Positions 35,970-49,670 are shown, numbered from the stretch's first letter. The stretch is DNA of 64,000 nt from Paraphysomonas bandaiensis (GCA_965644295.1 CBFFRP010000424.1:1-64000); one strand, 5' to 3'. Numbers and translations: made by a program. The notes: a model not told the origin generated them from the letters alone.

Positions 35970-38900
35970 TCGCTCCCATCACTGCATATTAGAGTATCGT
36001 CAGCCAGTATGTCGGCACAGATCTTGGTATTGCTAATCATATGGGTCGTAAACACACAATCATCACTACAAAACATAGACCAAGGATATATATATGTGTG
36101 TGTGTGTTCGCTCCCATCACTGCATATTAGAGTATCGTCAGCCAGTATGTCGGCACAGATCTTGGTATTGCTAATCATATGGGATCGTAAACACACAATC
36201 ATCACTACAAAACATAGACCAAGGATATATATATATATGTGTGTGTGTTCGCTCCCATCACTGCATATTAGAGTATCGTCAGCCAGTATGTCGGCACAGA
36301 TCTTGGTATTGCTAATCATATGGGTCGTAAACACACAATCATCACTACAAAACATAGACCAAGGATATATATATGTGTGTGTGTGTTCGCTCCCATCACT
36401 GCATATTAGAGTATCGTCAGCCAGTATGTCGGCACAGATCTTGGTATTGCTAATCATATGGGATCGTAAACACACAATCATCACTACAAAACATAGACCA
36501 AGGATATATATATATATGTGTGTGTTCGCTCCCATCACTGCATATTAGAGTATCGTCAGCCAGTATGTCGGCACAGATCTTGGTATTGCTAATCATATGG
36601 GATCGTAAACACACAATCATCACTACAAAACATAGACCAAGGATATATATATATTTATGTGTGTGTGTTCGCTCCCATCACTGCATATTAGAGTATCGTC
36701 AGCCAGTATGTCGGCACAGATCTTGGTATTGCTAATCATATGGGTCGTAAACACACAATCATCACTACAAAACATAGACCAAGGATATATATATATATGT
36801 GTGTGTTCGCTCCCATCACTGCATATTAGAGTATCGTCAGCCAGTATGTCGGCACAGATCTTGGTATTGCTAATCATATGGGATCGTAAACACACAATCA
36901 TCATTACAAAACATAGACCAAGGATATATATATGTCAATTCACAAGTTACCATATCGATTTCGAAGCGGTCATCTTCAGATCGGAACATAGCTTCCTCGT
37001 ACTACAGAATCGAAAATAGTCGTTATAAACAGAGGGAAGTATTAATTTTCAAAGGGACCTGGTTTCTTCGCATATGTTTGAATGAATAGCTTTCCTCTGA
37101 TCCTATCGGAATACTAACCCACTGCAACACATTGTTAGAATGTATATGAGGATTATGCCCAATTACACCATCCACAACTAACACAAAACGCAATGAAAAG
37201 TACCTCGTCATTAAGAACAACAGATTCCTTTTGCCCTTCTCTACCAGAGCATATTGGTTTCGCATAATCTGCAAATGCACACCAGAATCAGAATACAGCC
37301 ATACTTTGTACAGTATCTGACCAGATGGAAGAATTCTGTACGACGGCGTGCAACGGCGGCATTGACTGAAGTCAATCTCAGTAAGCGGAATAGAAAACCA
37401 CATGTCCTGCCAGCACAAACACTGCAGTCAAATATAGAAGGGCTAAAGCAGACTTCTGCAGGGGCGGCCATATACAACAAAAAGTAGCACAGCTAGATTA
37501 TGATATCGCTTCACCTGTTGAGATGAGTCGTATGCAGATCGCGCTGATATGAGGGCCCTGAAAGTATGACTTAGCACTTATTACAATGAAAGCTAAAATA
37601 TGTACTTAAACTCCTCAAGAAGTTCAGAATTTCCAGGGCCAAACAATTCCTGTCAAACATATTACATTCGATACAGAAATATCTATTTGTAGCGCGACAG
37701 TAAAGCAAAATACACCTATCCATGGAGATTATATGATGTCGTACCTGCACTAGAAGAAACATATCCCGCCGAGATATGGCATCGTGGCTATATAGGTCAA
37801 GGCATTTTACAAACTCTGACCATGCATCGCGGGACGAATTCGTCAGAAGATCTTTCACCTAGTACGCATAAGTTAGTATTGGCATCAATAATACACGATG
37901 GTGCCAGCCACACTATAGCCAAACAAATATCATACCTGATCAAAAAATTTACGCTCGGTGCTGATGCTGTGGTAAGTGGACCCAATACTTCCAGTCGGTA
38001 CGGGCACACTTGAGCTCTGTGCTGCGGTCGCTGCCTCTTGACTGTTAACCTGGGAGGCAGCAGCGTCGGCATTTGCTGCCGCGCGCTTGCGAGATTTACG
38101 ACTGGTCGTACCCGCTTGTCCCCCTGCACCCTGTAGTTCGTATTATACATAATCTACCACCTGTGGCGCCTAAAGCTGCTAATATAAACACCGTACCTGT
38201 TGAGCTGATGCTTTATTAACTTTTGACTCTTTGTCTGACCCAGCAGCAGAACTAATCGGGTAAACAATATCACGTAACAATACTTCGAAAGGAAGAATAG
38301 CTCACCGCGCAGTCTCCTTATCTGCCCCCTTCCGTTTTCCCTGGAAATATAATTACAACCATGCTCCAAATGAACTTGGATGTGCGAACTCACCGAAGCA
38401 GGAGCGGCAGCGGCCTTCGATCGTCTAGTTTCTGCTTCTCTGACTGCGCGGCTCAGTCGCTCTTTCGCCTGCACATCCAATGTCATATAATATCCACAGG
38501 ACAAGTGATAAACGAGTGGTACAATGCACAGTAATTTAAAATAAGTAGTAGGACATTGTAGAGTGGCATTGCCTGTTCTTGCACGGCATCGGGAAGGAAA
38601 AAGGTAAATTCCATCAAGAGGTCCGGGTGCTCCGCAAATAGCTGTGATACCTGTGCATATATACCGAACAATCTATGAGCAATGAAACCTGTAACGGTGC
38701 AGCGCATAATGCAGACATGAATACTGATGCATAGGCAAGCAAAATAAATAAATAATTGACACCTGCTCCAGTACATCCTTAATCCCCTTCTGTTCACGTT
38801 GATATGTGTGCAAGATTTTCAAAAATGATCTGAGTTGTAAATGTTAGTAACTTGGCTGGCCCCAGATCAAACTTCACATACTTATAAGTTTCAGGCTCAT

Positions 38901-39512
38901 CAGCAAAACGATTGCGAATGTTAGTAACATATGAAATAGCGTGCTGCTGCTGTAGATGTTGAGGGTACGCTTCCTCCTCAGGGCTCAATTCAATTTTATA
39001 TCCTGCGTATAGATGTAGTCGTGATGGCATATACATATAACGATAGAACTGCAACCTTCCCCTTCCGGTAAAAAAGTGTTGAAACCCAAAATCAATTTGT
39101 TGTGACCTCGAAATAGATTCTTAACTTGATCAATAACTCCAGGCGTAGTAATTCTACACTATCATTTAGACGAATATATCGATATGAGTGAGTGACACTC
39201 ACGATTGTGCCTTAAAGTTTTTCATGATCTCAAGGAAGTCGTTATATATCTTGGGGCGATCAGAGAACTCTGTTTTGACCTGTCAACACAACCGTTACGA
39301 TAAGAATCAGTTATAGAAATAATAATGATTCGACCTGATCAAGATACAGTAATGCATCTTCGACCTTTAGCTCTCTTGAGCCTCGAGGGGGCGCCGCTCT
39401 ACAGGCAACCATATGCACAGTTAGAGTCCATCAATCCGATACTTCACGGCACCAACCTGTTCATCATTGAGAATTCGCTCTCTGAAGGCACAGGCTGACT
39501 ATCACGATCCAT
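31620..39512 (-). CDS. SIN3: Paired amphipathic helix corepressor Sin3, many short introns
   Basis: Exons [43 protein letters not shown] (PAH1); [29 protein letters not shown] (PAH2); [33 protein letters not shown] (HID); [19 protein letters not shown]. 3' end approximate. Confidence 0.93.
34674..36934. repeat. Intronic tandem array, 16 units of ~136-149 bp each with a variable (TA)n(TG)n tract
   Basis: GTTCGCTCCCATCACTGCATATTAGAG occurs 16 times; lies within Sin3 intron 34589-36950. Confidence 0.97.
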
Positions 39513-40747
39513 GATTGGCAATATATGTCAACAGGAGGTTGGTTTGTGTATGTGTGTTATGGGTGTTATATACTCTACTAGAGGTGACGCGACCCTTCAG
39601 GATTGCATTTTCCACCGGTACGTGCCACGGATATATACCACCCAGGAAACTATCCAATCACAGCTCTTAAACATTATATAATAGGATTTGATTGGTTGTA
39701 TCGCTGGTTGTCATTTTTCTATGACAAAAATAATGAAGCACATGGGTCGAATTTTCTCTGCATACTGCTACATGGTACTGCTGTGTCCTGTCGACTACTA
39801 AACCCGTTTGTCCCAATCTATAGCAGAGCCCGTTTGTCCCAGTAATACTCTGTGTGGTATTGCCAACGACTGTAGCTATGCCAACCAAACTAACCAACTG
39901 CTTTCGGATAGCTAATTGTGATAGAACTGCCTGCCCTGTGGGCAATAGTATATGGACAGGAATCCAAGAAGCAAATATGATGGAAGCTATGTACATTAGG
40001 AAATAAAGACGACCTTATAGCTGGATACGTTAATTACATGTGGACCGTTATTTCTGTTAGATTGCAAGAATATATGTGCCACCATAAGAGTTACAAGAGG
40101 TTTTCCATATGAATCCCCGCTTGCTGCCACGAAACGATTAGACCATATCATGACTATTGATATAAAATTTTCTAACAATGGATGGTGAACGCACAGTGCT
40201 GTGTATTCACTTCCATGTATTAACAGAGAACAGTGTAGTGCAGTAGTATTGCTACGCTGGTCCTTGTCATGGCATATTAGTTCACAGGTATATATATCTT
40301 TTGAAAACGGCTAGCAGTAATGTTCAAAATAACCACAAGATGAAGATACAGAGCGATGACCATGAATGTGAGAATAGCTTTTAGTAAAGATTACACATGT
40401 GACTTATAATGAAGCTAATTAAATATATACTGTTCTGCAAAAAATCTCCGTTTATTTATCAGTATTGCATATAAATTATCTGAATACTTATATCTATACT
40501 GTATATTGTTGAAGGATTGACCATTATTTGTTTACATCATCGTACTCTATTGCATACGTTAAGCACGCCAGTGTCATAAAAATCAAAATACACAACGACA
40601 CAGTTGGTATGGTATGGAATTGATACTGATAAACACATAGAAAAATTACTACACACGATCGCTTGAAGTAAATTCAAACAAATATATATAACACAAAACA
40701 AAGCATCAAAGCAAGGACAAATTACTAGCGCCCATGAATACAGAACA

Positions 40748-41918
40748 TCACTCCTCGATGCTCCCTTTCCACCCATTTGCCGTAGATATAGTGAAGCGGT
40801 TCCTCCAATCACGACATCCATACTCATCCTGATAACAAGAAACATCAAAAACTGTACATGTACGTAATACACTCTGCATGCAAATAGTTGACAACGTAGG
40901 TAATGATATGCATTTATCAAAGTCGACATACCGTGCAAGGAGTGCCATATATACATGTACAGGTGTCGAATCCCCTTCCATCATCTCTCTCAAGGTTGTC
41001 ATTTTTCTCAGTATATTCATATTTATTTTGTCGTCCACGCTGTTCTTTTAGGATTTCCTGCTCATCCTGTTTCACATAACAATAGTACGACACTCCAGCT
41101 TCCAGTCCAGTGAACTTTCCCTCTTCTTTTTGGACATAGAAATCAGCAGCAGAAGCTCCGGCGACAATCTTATCTCGTATTTCTTGCGGACTGAGTATAG
41201 AGAGTTCAAGCGTGCAGTTCGGCATAACATCCGACAAACAGTAAGTGTCATCAATACAAAACTCAAGTAGCACCCCATTACTAATATCGAACTCCTCCCT
41301 ATACATTTCATAAACGATTTTGACTTTACCATCCCGACAAGGTTGGTCGACGCAAGGACTACACCTTGTCATATCTTGAGTATCAGCAGCCTGGGAGTTT
41401 TCCCTGTGGGCACTGTTTATGTCATCACCAGAGCAGCTAGCGGATAATGAATTTCCAAAAGTCTCAGCCGGCGACAACGTCATTCGGCCATTGCAATTAT
41501 CTTCTCCAGTCACTTTAGATTTGTTTCCGTTATAACTTCTATCGCCAAGACTTTCAACAGATTTCGGGTTCCCATTAAAACCATCAACAATCGCAGTTGA
41601 CGGCTTTAATATATTGCCCGTATAGTTGCATTGCTCAACTGCGGCTATATCGGAATTACTGGGCTTTTTAGCTAGAGGGGACACAATCACCTTATCTTGC
41701 TTGTGAACATTCTTGAGCACTATAGCGTGCTCTTCATTGTGCACTTTAGACGTGGAATTTTTTATATTTCCAGTTTGAATCTTCGGCAACTTAATAGCAG
41801 TCTTACTGCGACAATCCTCTATCGCCACCGGGTGAGGATGGTTCGGCTTGATTACTTTAACAGGAGCTTCAAGTGGGGATAGTTTTTTATTTGGGCTTGA
41901 TTTGCTACTCGACTTCAT
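40748..41918 (-). CDS. Hypothetical protein with C-terminal Cys motif; intron 40829-40931
   Basis: 335-aa ORF spliced (GT-AG) to give CTCIYGTPCT|DEYGCRDWRNRF..NGWKG. Confidence 0.7.
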
Positions 41919-42126
41919 GACCACAGCCTCTACCTGCTATACACTACGCATCCCCTCACTAACACAACTACTAAAACTAGTATATGATACAACAACACAA
42001 ACAACAAACAACAAACAACACTCTCTGCTTAATAGCCTGCACTAAAGATAAGTAACATCAGTCTTAAGGTGCCACTCCATACTCTGTACGACAACGATAT
42101 ACACCAGGGTACACTGATACATATGT

Positions 42127-42350
42127 AAATGTATGTATGTACGTATGTATGTATGTATGTATGTATGTATGTATGTAGGTAGGTAGGTAGGTAGGTAGGT
42201 AGGTATGTATGTATGTATGTACTATGTATGTATGTATGTATGTATGTATGTATGTATGTATGTATGTATGTATGTATGTATGTATGTATGTATGTATGTA
42301 TGTATGTATGTATGTATGTATGTATGTATGTATGTATGTATGTATGTATG

Positions 42351-42381
<31 letters not shown>

Positions 42382-42948
42382 GTATGTATGTATGTATGTA
42401 TGTATGTATGTATGTATGTATGTATGTATGTATGTATGTATGTATGTATGTATGTATGTATGTATGTATGTATGTATGTATGTAGGTAGGTAGGTAGGTA
42501 GGTAGGTAGGTAGGTAGGTAGGTAGGTAGGTAGGTAGGTAGGTAGGTATGTATGTACTATGTATGTATGTATGTATGTATGTATGTATGTATGTATGTAT
42601 GTATGTATGTATGTATGTATGTATGTATGTATGTATGTATGTATGTATGTATGTATGTATGTATGTATGTATGTATGTATGTATGTATGTATGTATGTAT
42701 GTATGTATGTATGTATGTATGTATGTATGTATGTATGTATGTTTGTATGTATGTATGTATGTATGTATGTATGTATGTATGTATGTATGTATGTATGTAT
42801 GTATGTGTGTAGGTAGGTAGGTAGGTAGGTAGGTAGGTAGGTAGGTAGGTAGGTAGGTAGGTATGTATGTATGTATGTATGTATGTATGTACTGTAGGTA
42901 TGTACTACGTGTCCAAGTGTTGTGTTATGGGGTATGTATGTATGTATG
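42127..42948. repeat. Compound (TATG)n/(TAGG)n microsatellite
   Basis: Read directly; block structure repeated at ~339-bp offset. Confidence 0.98.
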
Positions 42949-43008
42949 ATCTAGTATCCTGGTAAACTCTCCTCATGTGTTGGTCTTCTTCATATTCTCT
43001 GTGTTCTA

Positions 43009-44842
43009 ATGAATGAGTCCATCACTTTCAGCAAGTGGCAGTGCTTTGCTTCAGTGTTGCTGTGTGCATGTGTGTCGGGCACTCCTTACGGTACGCTTCT
43101 CTGTCTGTATATGTATATGTGTGTATATCCGCCCCTCTCACTATACACACAGCGTTCGGCATATTCTCTGAGGTTCTTAAGGAGGAGCTGTCGTTCAATC
43201 AAGTGAAGCTCTCAGTGATCGGCAGCTGCGGCAGTGCAGGTCTCTATACGGGTGTTTTGAACGGGTTGGGATTAGAGAGATTCGGACCCAGAACAGTTCT
43301 GTGTGTCGGATCATTTCTTGTGTTCGCGGGTAACTTTTATGTTTGGCTTGCGGTAAATCGTCTAGTTTGGCATTCTGTACCTGCTATATCGATTGCATAC
43401 TTTTTCGCGCAAGCTGGTATCGCGTGCGCAGCTAATACGGCGACTGTGGTTGCAATTCGTGTGTTCCCAACGAGCATAACTGGTCAGGCTGCTGGGTTGG
43501 CGAAAGGTATGTGTTGATCACTATTCTCCTCTATCTGAGGATAATGGCTAAGTTTAGGATATTTTGGTGTATCCTCAGCAGTATTGGCAACTGTATCTGC
43601 AGAATTTTTCGAGTCTACATCCTCGGATTTTATTATTTTTGTCGCGCTAATGTTACCAGTAGTGCATCTGTTCTCTGCTTGTAATGTAGGTTTAATGAAT
43701 GTGTAGTCTGCCACAATGATACGTGTCTCTAGGTAAACTTCATCCCTGCGCATATTGTTTCTTTTTCATACGAATTATCTCGTGGGTACTCGCCTTCTTT
43801 GCTGCCGTACAGCCTGCATCTTGTTGGCTTGTTTGGCGTCATACTTCTTGTTGGAGCGATACACCACTGGACAAGTATTCCGGCTCCGCTCTCTATCCTT
43901 CTTGGATGCGGTGTCTCTGTGTATATACTGTGTCTGCTACTCCTACCTCCGTTGCATGGACCGCGATGCGTCCCTGAGGCTGATTTGCACTGCCGGGAAA
44001 TAGACAGTAGCGAGAGTGCATACGGGGGCGATAGCAGCGATACAAGTCTACTAGAGATGCATGACATGAGTGACAGAGACAAGACGCATCCCTCCATACT
44101 TCATACAGAAAAAAGTGATGTGCATAAAGAATACTCGCACGTTGAAGTTGGATCTTGCATTGGTGACGGGTTTGTGTCATTTTATGGGAGACACCTTCCT
44201 CTGTCTGAGACGGTATGCACTTGGCGTTGCTATATGCTCATGACAATTTTCATGTGTATTGCTGGGTCGGGGCTTCTAGTGATTAATAACATTCAAGCTA
44301 TTGCAGAGGCTGTGGACGAGGAACCGTCTGCATTCTTTGTAACAATTTTGTCGCTTGCGAATGCAGGGGGGCGTCTATTGGTGGGAGTTATAGCTGATCA
44401 TTACATGCATGCTGTGAGTCGATTACAACTACTGGTGGTAATATCACTGATTATGGCATGCACACAATTGCTTTTATCAACTGGATCATCTGTTCTATTG
44501 TACCCTTGCCTATTAATGGTAGGGATAAATTTCGGTGCAACTTTCTCTAATATGGCAGCTATCGCATCGGATATATTCGGGGCGCAGTATGTAGGGTCTA
44601 ACTACGGCTTCATTGATATAGCGCCTGCAATAGGATCATATATATTTTCTTCTGGATTGGTGGCTCTGTTTTATCCTACCAGTCATGGTCGTAATGGAGG
44701 CGCAAGCGACATAGATAGTACCTGCAGAGGAGCCCACTGCTTCAGAACAGCATTTCATATTACTACATTGTGCTGCATTGGAACAGCAGTATTGTCATAT
44801 TTCATGCATGTGACGACTCCGTTGAATAAAAATAGAGGATAG
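43009..44842 (+). CDS. MFS transporter (nodulin-like/Mch1-like), multi-exon
   Basis: Many hydrophobic TM segments; GLERFGPR, GLAKG|YFGVS, LVINNI, NAGGRLLVGVIADH, SDIFG..YVGSNYG, CRGAHCFR. Confidence 0.87.
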
Positions 44843-45319
44843 ACTACGGTGCGTTGCACTAAATCTTATACATCACTCCTGTATGCAACAGCATATTCGA
44901 TATTTTATATATCTGCTAATCTGTGAAAAAGGTACTGTAAAACATTAATTCATATATTGCATTGACACTTTTCATTCGTAAGTGTTCAACAACTTCTAAT
45001 TAACATTTTTTCCGTTAATTATCAAATTCGTGGCAGTAAGATGGCTCATCGCTACACTAATTATGTCTATACTCCTACATTTACACATTTGGTAGAAACT
45101 AGGAGAAAGAAACATATTTTTCTCTCAAAACGTTTTAGTGTATGTAATATATCAACTACGAATGCAATATGTAACGTATAATATACTATAAATTAGAAAT
45201 TAGAAATATCCTCTTATTTATTGTAGCGAATCGTACTTGAAGTATCATAAGTAGTATAATGTTACGAAATGGAATGATTGTAAAACATTTTCAGTAAACG
45301 ATTGCCAAATTACAGAAAT

Positions 45320-46294
45320 TTACGAATTGAGGCATATATTTGTAACTGAGCTTCGGACTTCATCTTCATGCTTGTTTTCCATGAAATAAAAGTGCGAACC
45401 TTCAGGAAACATATAAATAGAAAAGCGTTCCGGAGAGGAGACGTATTTACTCCATCCCTTCAGGGACTCGGCGGATATATCTCCTTGGTCATTCCCTCCA
45501 CCGTATACTGTAACTGGTCCAGAGTACAACGCATGGCCCTCGACTGCCGGAATATGAGTGTACGTTTCAAGCACTCGATAATCCGCTCGAATAATTGGCA
45601 ATGACATGCGCAGGAGGTCAATGTGAACACCCTTAGGAAGTCCACCATGTATAAGGATTTCATTGAGTAGTTCGTCGTCACTTAGCTACACCACAGTAAA
45701 CCTTAAATATTATGAGCAAGTCAAGCTGATAAAAATCACCTTGTGGAACTTTTTCGCCTCAGAGTCTTCTGCAAGCGACTTATTTGTAAGGACTTGAGGG
45801 TTATTGGTTGATGATATAATAAGGTGGGACACTGTAAGAGCGCCCTTAGATTTAAGTAAGTTAGCTAATTCGTAGGCAATGATTCCTCCGAAAGAATGTC
45901 CGAAGAATATTGTTGGAGGTTGTGCATCTCCTAAGAGACCTAACTCTTTCATGCAGTCAGCCATGCGCTCTGAAAGAAATTTCATTAGAAAGTATAAAGT
46001 TCTTATAGAAATGTTTACCAACGATTTCCCCAACGGAAGTAGCAAATGATTCTTTACGACGTGAGAGGCGGCCTGGCAGCATCATCGCCCTTACATCGAT
46101 TCCATCAAACTTCATCAGTCTATCCAGCTCATAAAACCATAATATGACGTACAAAATTAACTATCTGACCTGCTCCAGGGTTTGAACGCATTGCCGTTTC
46201 CTCCTGCCCAGTGGAAACAGATTAGCCGAGCTCTGCACTCCTCCGGCACCGGATTAAAACTCACCAACCACTTTCCAATATTGCTTGTTTCCAT
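45320..46294 (-). CDS. Type II thioesterase (GrsT/OLAH-like alpha/beta hydrolase), multi-exon
   Basis: LICFHWAGG, LPGRLSR, FFGHSFGG nucleophile motif, IIRADY, GSHFY. Confidence 0.88.
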
Positions 46295-46891
46295 ATCACC
46301 TTTGAGTCTTAAAAATGAGTGATTTGTTGAGTGTAATCATTGATCGATCCGACGTTACAGGGTCGTTGGACTGATATGCATTGGAGCGAAGTGATTGGAC
46401 TAATACTAGTGGATTATAGCAGTTCATTGCATACGAAGGAAGGTGAGCACACTGTTAATGCCTAACGAGTTCAAGTTGAGAATCAAATTCATTATGAGCA
46501 CGGCTAGTGCATAGCTTAACTCTACTGCACTCCACCGCACTGTGCCTCATGGCTGCCACCATATACACACATACACGACGATGTTAACGGCACGGCATAC
46601 TGCAGTGCTGTAGAGTCTACTGTATTCCATATACCGGTATACGGTATACAGATAGGAATACGACACATACTGAACTGCATATGTCCTGCTGTATATAAAT
46701 AATACTGCTAATGTATTCTTCTCTTTCGATAACCAATCAAGTAGGTATACGTTACTCTTATTGGTTCCACTCAAGAAAGCCGTTGAAAACATCAGTGTGC
46801 AGCTATCACATACACATTGAGCTAAGCACTACACAATCACCCTCGTACATTACTGCATCTCCTTAAAGTGAAGTAGACATACTGCTCGATT

Positions 46892-47880
46892 ATGCTTTCT
46901 CGGTTGAAGTCAAGTGATAATACCAGACGTCCATTTGATGACCTGGCTAACATTGTAAGAGAGGAGAGTGACGACGAGGAAGTGCCTCTCAAGTGGAACA
47001 AAAAGAAGACGGCTCAATCCACTAATAAATCAGATACAGTTGCCCCGAAAAAGAACAATGAGATCGGTATAGACAAGGAAAATAAACCGTACATCAATGA
47101 AAAGGAAAATAAACAGTTTAATAAACCGAATATTGTGACATCTCCAAGTGTGACATCCTCAACGTTTCGCAGAATAGCCGAAGCAAAGAAAACACCAGCA
47201 CCATCATTCGCCGCCAAAAATCGACTTACTCCGATAAAATCAAGCAGCGAGAAAAGTAATTCTCCTGGTGAGAGTGGGTTTCTTTCTACTCCATGTGTCA
47301 CTAACCCAGAAGATATGGATGAGAAATGGTCCACGCCAATGACAAGTTCATCAAGAAAACACTCCCGTCCTTACTCCGATACAAAGCAGCAATATTACGA
47401 CCATCTTGTTTCATCTGTCCAGGAATGCAGCCTATCACCTCAAAAGGATGAAGTCACACAATCACCCGAGTCGAAAGGATTGCATGAACATCGTGATCTT
47501 GAAAGTGAGATGGAAATTGAGCGAGTTTTTAGTAAAGTCAGACACAATAGATTCAAGGTTGTAGAAGAGGCATTAAGAGAAGGATTTGATCCGCACTCAG
47601 TTGTAAGTAGTTATATATCGCCTTTACCAACCTCAGACTCACTGTTTACTTTCAGGATAACAATGGGAACAGTCTGTTGCATATTTGTGCCCAAAATAAT
47701 CTGTCCAAAATGGCCAATCTATGCTTGCAGTATGGTTCTGACGTTAATGCGTATAATAAAAAGGGGCTCACTCCTCTGGACTACTGCGATAACTACAATT
47801 TTGATAAGATGGCAGACTGGCTAGTGACAATGGGAGCAGAGAATGGATTCATTCATTTAGTGAAGCCAGAAAATAAGTAA
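46892..47880 (+). CDS. Ankyrin-repeat protein with low-complexity N-terminus; intron 47603-47655
   Basis: FSKVRHNR, DNNGNSLLHICAQNN, NKKGLTPLDYC; 53-nt GT-AG intron. Confidence 0.85.
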
Positions 47881-48135
47881 ATGAGGATATAGCCAGTTAA
47901 TGTGTCGTCAATTTATGATAAGCGTATGAACTTCTGTTTCGACGTGTGTTTAGTGGAAACAATATGATGTATATATATATTAGTCAATATGAAATTGATG
48001 GTAATGCATTGACATTGTAGCATTGCCAAATACTATCTAAAAACGGTTATAATTAATTCAATACACTGCGGCTACCGTGCTGGTGTAATGCATCCATACC
48101 TTTATGACAGCACAACCTTCAATATTCATGAAGTC

Positions 48136-48289
48136 AATTAATTCGGGATCTATTATTGGACCTAGTCAAATTGGTGTAGTTTTCTATCCATTTATAATTC
48201 ATATTTTCAGTTCACAATGACTACGTTATTCCACCAAAAATAGTGTGTCAACCAATTTGACTAGGCTGAATAATATTTCCCAATTAATT
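48136..48289. mobile_element. MITE-like element with ~38-bp imperfect TIRs
   Basis: CCTAGTCAAATTGGT / ACCAATTTGACTAGG perfect core extending imperfectly to AATTAATT at both ends. Confidence 0.6.
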
Positions 48290-48551
48290 CCAGTTTCTCT
48301 ATTGTAATAGCATAGGTAAATTTTACTCTATACTCTCAGACGATATATGTGTTATCATGAATCACAGAATGATTATTTCTTTTTGAGAGCAATTAAAAGC
48401 TGCAGTTCGAAGATATTTGAATTCTGACTGTTAATGGACGAATACAGACGTGGTTAACAGTATTATGAGAATTAATGTCACTATAGCAATCATACTAGTA
48501 AAACTTAAATATATTGACCGTATAAGATCTTGATATCTAAGATTGTATATA

Positions 48552-48796
48552 TATTGAAAGTCTTTTTATTTAGCAATAGGCGTTAAAAACCTGTGCCAAT
48601 ATAGTGGCTAGTTGAATGCTAGACATACTAGTTAGACATCTACCCATAACTAATCAGCACAAATTCCATTATCCTACTATTTAACGCTACAGAAGCTGCT
48701 TGTGCGTCGCCGCAAGCACCAAGGTGCGACCACTTCCGTTCTTGATATTGATTGCGAGTTTCGCCATTGTCGTGTGTCCTAGGACTCACCGGCGCT
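48552..48796 (-). mobile_element. LINE 3' module variant B, 5'-truncated
   Basis: Reverse complement aligns to 29709-29958 and 6514-6759. Confidence 0.85.
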
Positions 48797-49160
48797 ATAT
48801 GATAGATGTGTATGTAGGGGACACGTTGTGCAACGTGCAGCATGACAAGTGAAAGCAGTGATCTAAGTCTACTACTACAACACTGGAACGCTTAAGACTA
48901 CACATACATTGTGTGGAATTTGCATCGGGGACTGCCTTATATACCTCTAAGATTGTATGGAAATGATTGGTAGGTTGAGACATCATGAATTTGGCGATTG
49001 AAAGTGATTGACAAGTGATTTTGATCACAAGTTTTTATATTCTAAGCATAATAGAGTGAAAGTATTGTTCAGTTATGTCAATTCCTAACAATAACGATAT
49101 ATGTAGTTTAATGTTTGCTTAATAGCTACACTACGGTACGATTTCTTAACACAGTATCGC

Positions 49161-49670
49161 TCAAATAAAGCCATCTGCATCATCACCGTCTCCATGCCCT
49201 CCAGCAAGGATCGGATGAACGTCGTAGATATTCCTAAAATGTCTTCCATCGTTTTTAGATAGTTTTCTAAGTATGATACTGAATCTGGGGTCGATGTGAT
49301 TCAACTCAAGCTGACTGAAACCTACCATTTGCATGTAGGCGGTAGAAATGAACACTGGCAGGTGGGTTCCAACAGCAAGCATTCTTTTCAAATCATTGGC
49401 TGTTTTAGACTCTCCATCGTAACGCCTGTATGTTATGCGTCTTCGCTTGCAGAGCTCTTCAATGTTATCGCAGTTAATTAGATTCAATGCTGGAAGAAGG
49501 TCATCAACCGTTTGTACAGCATCATTATCTCGCTCCCGTGGCTCTAATTCTACAATAGAAGTTTTTTCTTTGTGGTATGCTGTCTTCACTGTTTCGCTGT
49601 TTAAGTAGGCATCCAGCATACCCTCATCGCTTGCATCGATGTCTAAAACAGTTTGATAGTATGAATCCAT
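49161..49670 (-). CDS. Orphan intronless ORF (~169 aa), possible SAP/HeH-like motif
   Basis: Open frame from ATG 49670 with protein-like composition; IEELCKRRRI..GESKTANDLKRML. Confidence 0.4.
   Translation of the reverse strand: MDSYYQTVLDIDASDEGMLDAYLNSETVKTAYHKEKTSIVELEPRERDNDAVQTVDDLLPALNLINCDNIEELCKRRRITYRRYDGESKTANDLKRMLAVGTHLPVFISTAYMQMVGFSQLELNHIDPRFSIILRKLSKNDGRHFRNIYDVHPILAGGHGDGDDADGFI

Noticed and set aside
34674-36934. CRISPR-like array
   Set aside because: No unique spacers (only microsatellite length varies), units too long, no cas genes, lies in a spliceosomal intron.
34358-37019. Repeated ORFs up to 206 aa
   Set aside because: By-products of the intronic satellite.
42209-42820. 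MYVC-repeat ORFs
   Set aside because: Translation artefacts of (TATG)n.
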